Shown here piece by piece: positions 62,535 to 64,000 of a stretch of DNA of 64,000 bases. Position 1 is the stretch's first letter; each line of letters starts with the position of its first letter. The notes under the pieces were generated by a model. It worked only from the letters and a program-made list of their open reading frames with translations, made no database searches and was not told the DNA's origin. The position numbers were made by a program, and so were the translations under genes. Location of the stretch: positions 124,001 through 188,000 of the forward strand of contig QPMI01000005.1 in assembly GCA_004431415.1 (NCBI GenBank). Reading direction: 5' to 3'. This DNA comes from Cyanophora paradoxa CCMP329. Lineage: Eukaryota > Plantae > Glaucophyta.

Positions 62535-64000
62535 TTAAAGGCTAACGGCTATCTGGACGTCGACTGAATTTGGTTTGCCACTACTAGGGCTATCTGGATG
62601 ATCATGAAGAATCGAGCCGCTCTCCACGCCCGAGCCCTGCAGCTGCGGCTGTTGCCAGGGAGCAGCTGCTGCACCGGCGGCAGCGTCGACGTCTGCCAAT
62701 GGATTGCGCTCGTGCGCCGGGGTCGGGTTCCCATGGCCATCGATGCTCACGAGACATTCGACGGGCGGGGAGCCAGTGCTCGCACGGCGACGGAGAAGGT
62801 CCATTGCCAAGCTCGTTCCAAAAGTTCGGAAGATATTGTAACCTCGCCCTCGGAAAACGTTCGGGGGTGTGCTCGGAACAGCTGCAGGTATCGGTGACGT
62901 CTGGGCTTGGTCCTGACTGGCCGAATCCTGGCCCCACAGCGGAGGGGCTCGTGCCTGGGGAGTGCTGCAGCGCCGAATAGGCTGCCAGAGAGCTTTAGCG
63001 GATCGGCCAAGGGCGCTGGCGCAAGCCCCATCCGAATGGCGAGAGCCGTCGGCTGCGATCTCGAGCTCTGTGTCTCTGTCGGGCTCTACGTGGATTGAGA
63101 TATCGTCAGGATCCAACAGCGCTTCTGACGCCGGCGTCAAGGAACAGGAGCGGCTGCGAGCTGCAGCTGGTGTGACAGGGCTCTCGATCTTCCAGAGCAG
63201 AGGCACGCTGCAAGGGCGCTCTGTTGCGCTAGCGCTGTGCGCAGGCGCGCTTTCGCCCCCCCACTCGATAGAGTGACGGCGGCCGGTAGCCGATGCCTGC
63301 GTATGCCACTCGGAGGATGCTGGCTCGAGAAACTCCGCAGTTTCCAACTCCTGCTTGGCATCGCTGGTCTCCTTTGCATCGCCTGGCTCCGAAGAAGCTT
63401 CGCCGGCACTGGCGTCCGCCGGCCGAGGTCGAGCAGCTTGGATCCACGGCATGATTATCTTTAGCTTGTCCAAGACCTTCAAAAATTCGAAAGAGAAAAC
63501 AGTTTGAGAAGACGCCCACTGAAGACAAGAGTTGATTTTCTGCGCACCCGTTCCTCGCCGAACAGGTACAGAAGGAGACATATGAGAACCACAGCGGCAT
63601 TAGAGACCAGACCGAGTGCGGCGATTGCATTCTTCTGGTTATCGGTAAGGCTCGCATCCGGGAATAGGAATATGCCCCTGAAAAATAACAAATTAAGCGA
63701 ACTAAAGCACAGGAAGCGCTAGCTCAATAAATTCTCGCACAGCCAAATGGTACTCAGAGCAGCGACTTGGCAAATAATGTCGATTGCGGAGATGCGCGGG
63801 TTGGAGCGCGGCTCCAGTCTCATGTGCAGAGCAACGCCTGCGTATACGTATGCGCGAACGATTCCACAGTCAAATGTAGAAGCACAGCTGGGGCCCACGG
63901 GACAAAACTCGGACCGAAGAACAATACAAAAGCTCCCATCAGAGCCTGCACCAACGGCCTGCGGCAGATGTTTAGGAACTCGGAACCAGAACGGCGGCGG
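62535..64000 (-). CDS. 3' part of a multi-pass membrane protein with a long low-complexity C-tail; 5' end outside window
   Basis: Spliced exons give PLVQALMGAFVLFFGVALHMRLEP..IDIICQVAALSTIWLGIFLF..AIAALGLVSNAAVVLICLLLYLF (about 3 TM helices), then a >300 aa Ser/Ala/Pro-rich exon. Confidence 0.7.

Overview
Eukaryotic nuclear DNA, GC-rich, with many short spliceosomal introns (GT-AG and frequent GC-AG, 'cgcag' acceptors). It looks like an algal/protist genome; a glaucophyte such as Cyanophora is my inference only. Genes left to right: a membrane sensor-PAS-PAS histidine kinase (runs off the left end); an RluA pseudouridine synthase head-to-head with RFC2/Rfc4; a head-to-head pair of IFI44-like P-loop proteins, one with a dead P-loop; a very large calpain-LRR-EML(HELP/WD40) fusion gene; a ~20 kb expanding cluster of cytosolic LRR-TIR genes; a Nudix hydrolase; a five-GAF hybrid histidine kinase; and the 3' end of a multi-TM protein. 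The best candidate for an undescribed system is the LRR-TIR cluster. Its TIR domains look SARM1-like and keep the catalytic Glu. They are fused to LRR cassettes with hypervariable surface residues and a hypervariable C-cap loop, built as splice-symmetric modules that have been duplicated, inverted, recombined and pseudogenised. This resembles a diversifying innate-immune receptor family. A second striking signal is that introns of both kinase genes hold repeated 'echo' copies of the preceding exon end plus its donor site, mostly preceded by TAG and embedded in TA-rich filler. All gene models were assembled by eye, and family calls rest on remembered motifs, not on searches.
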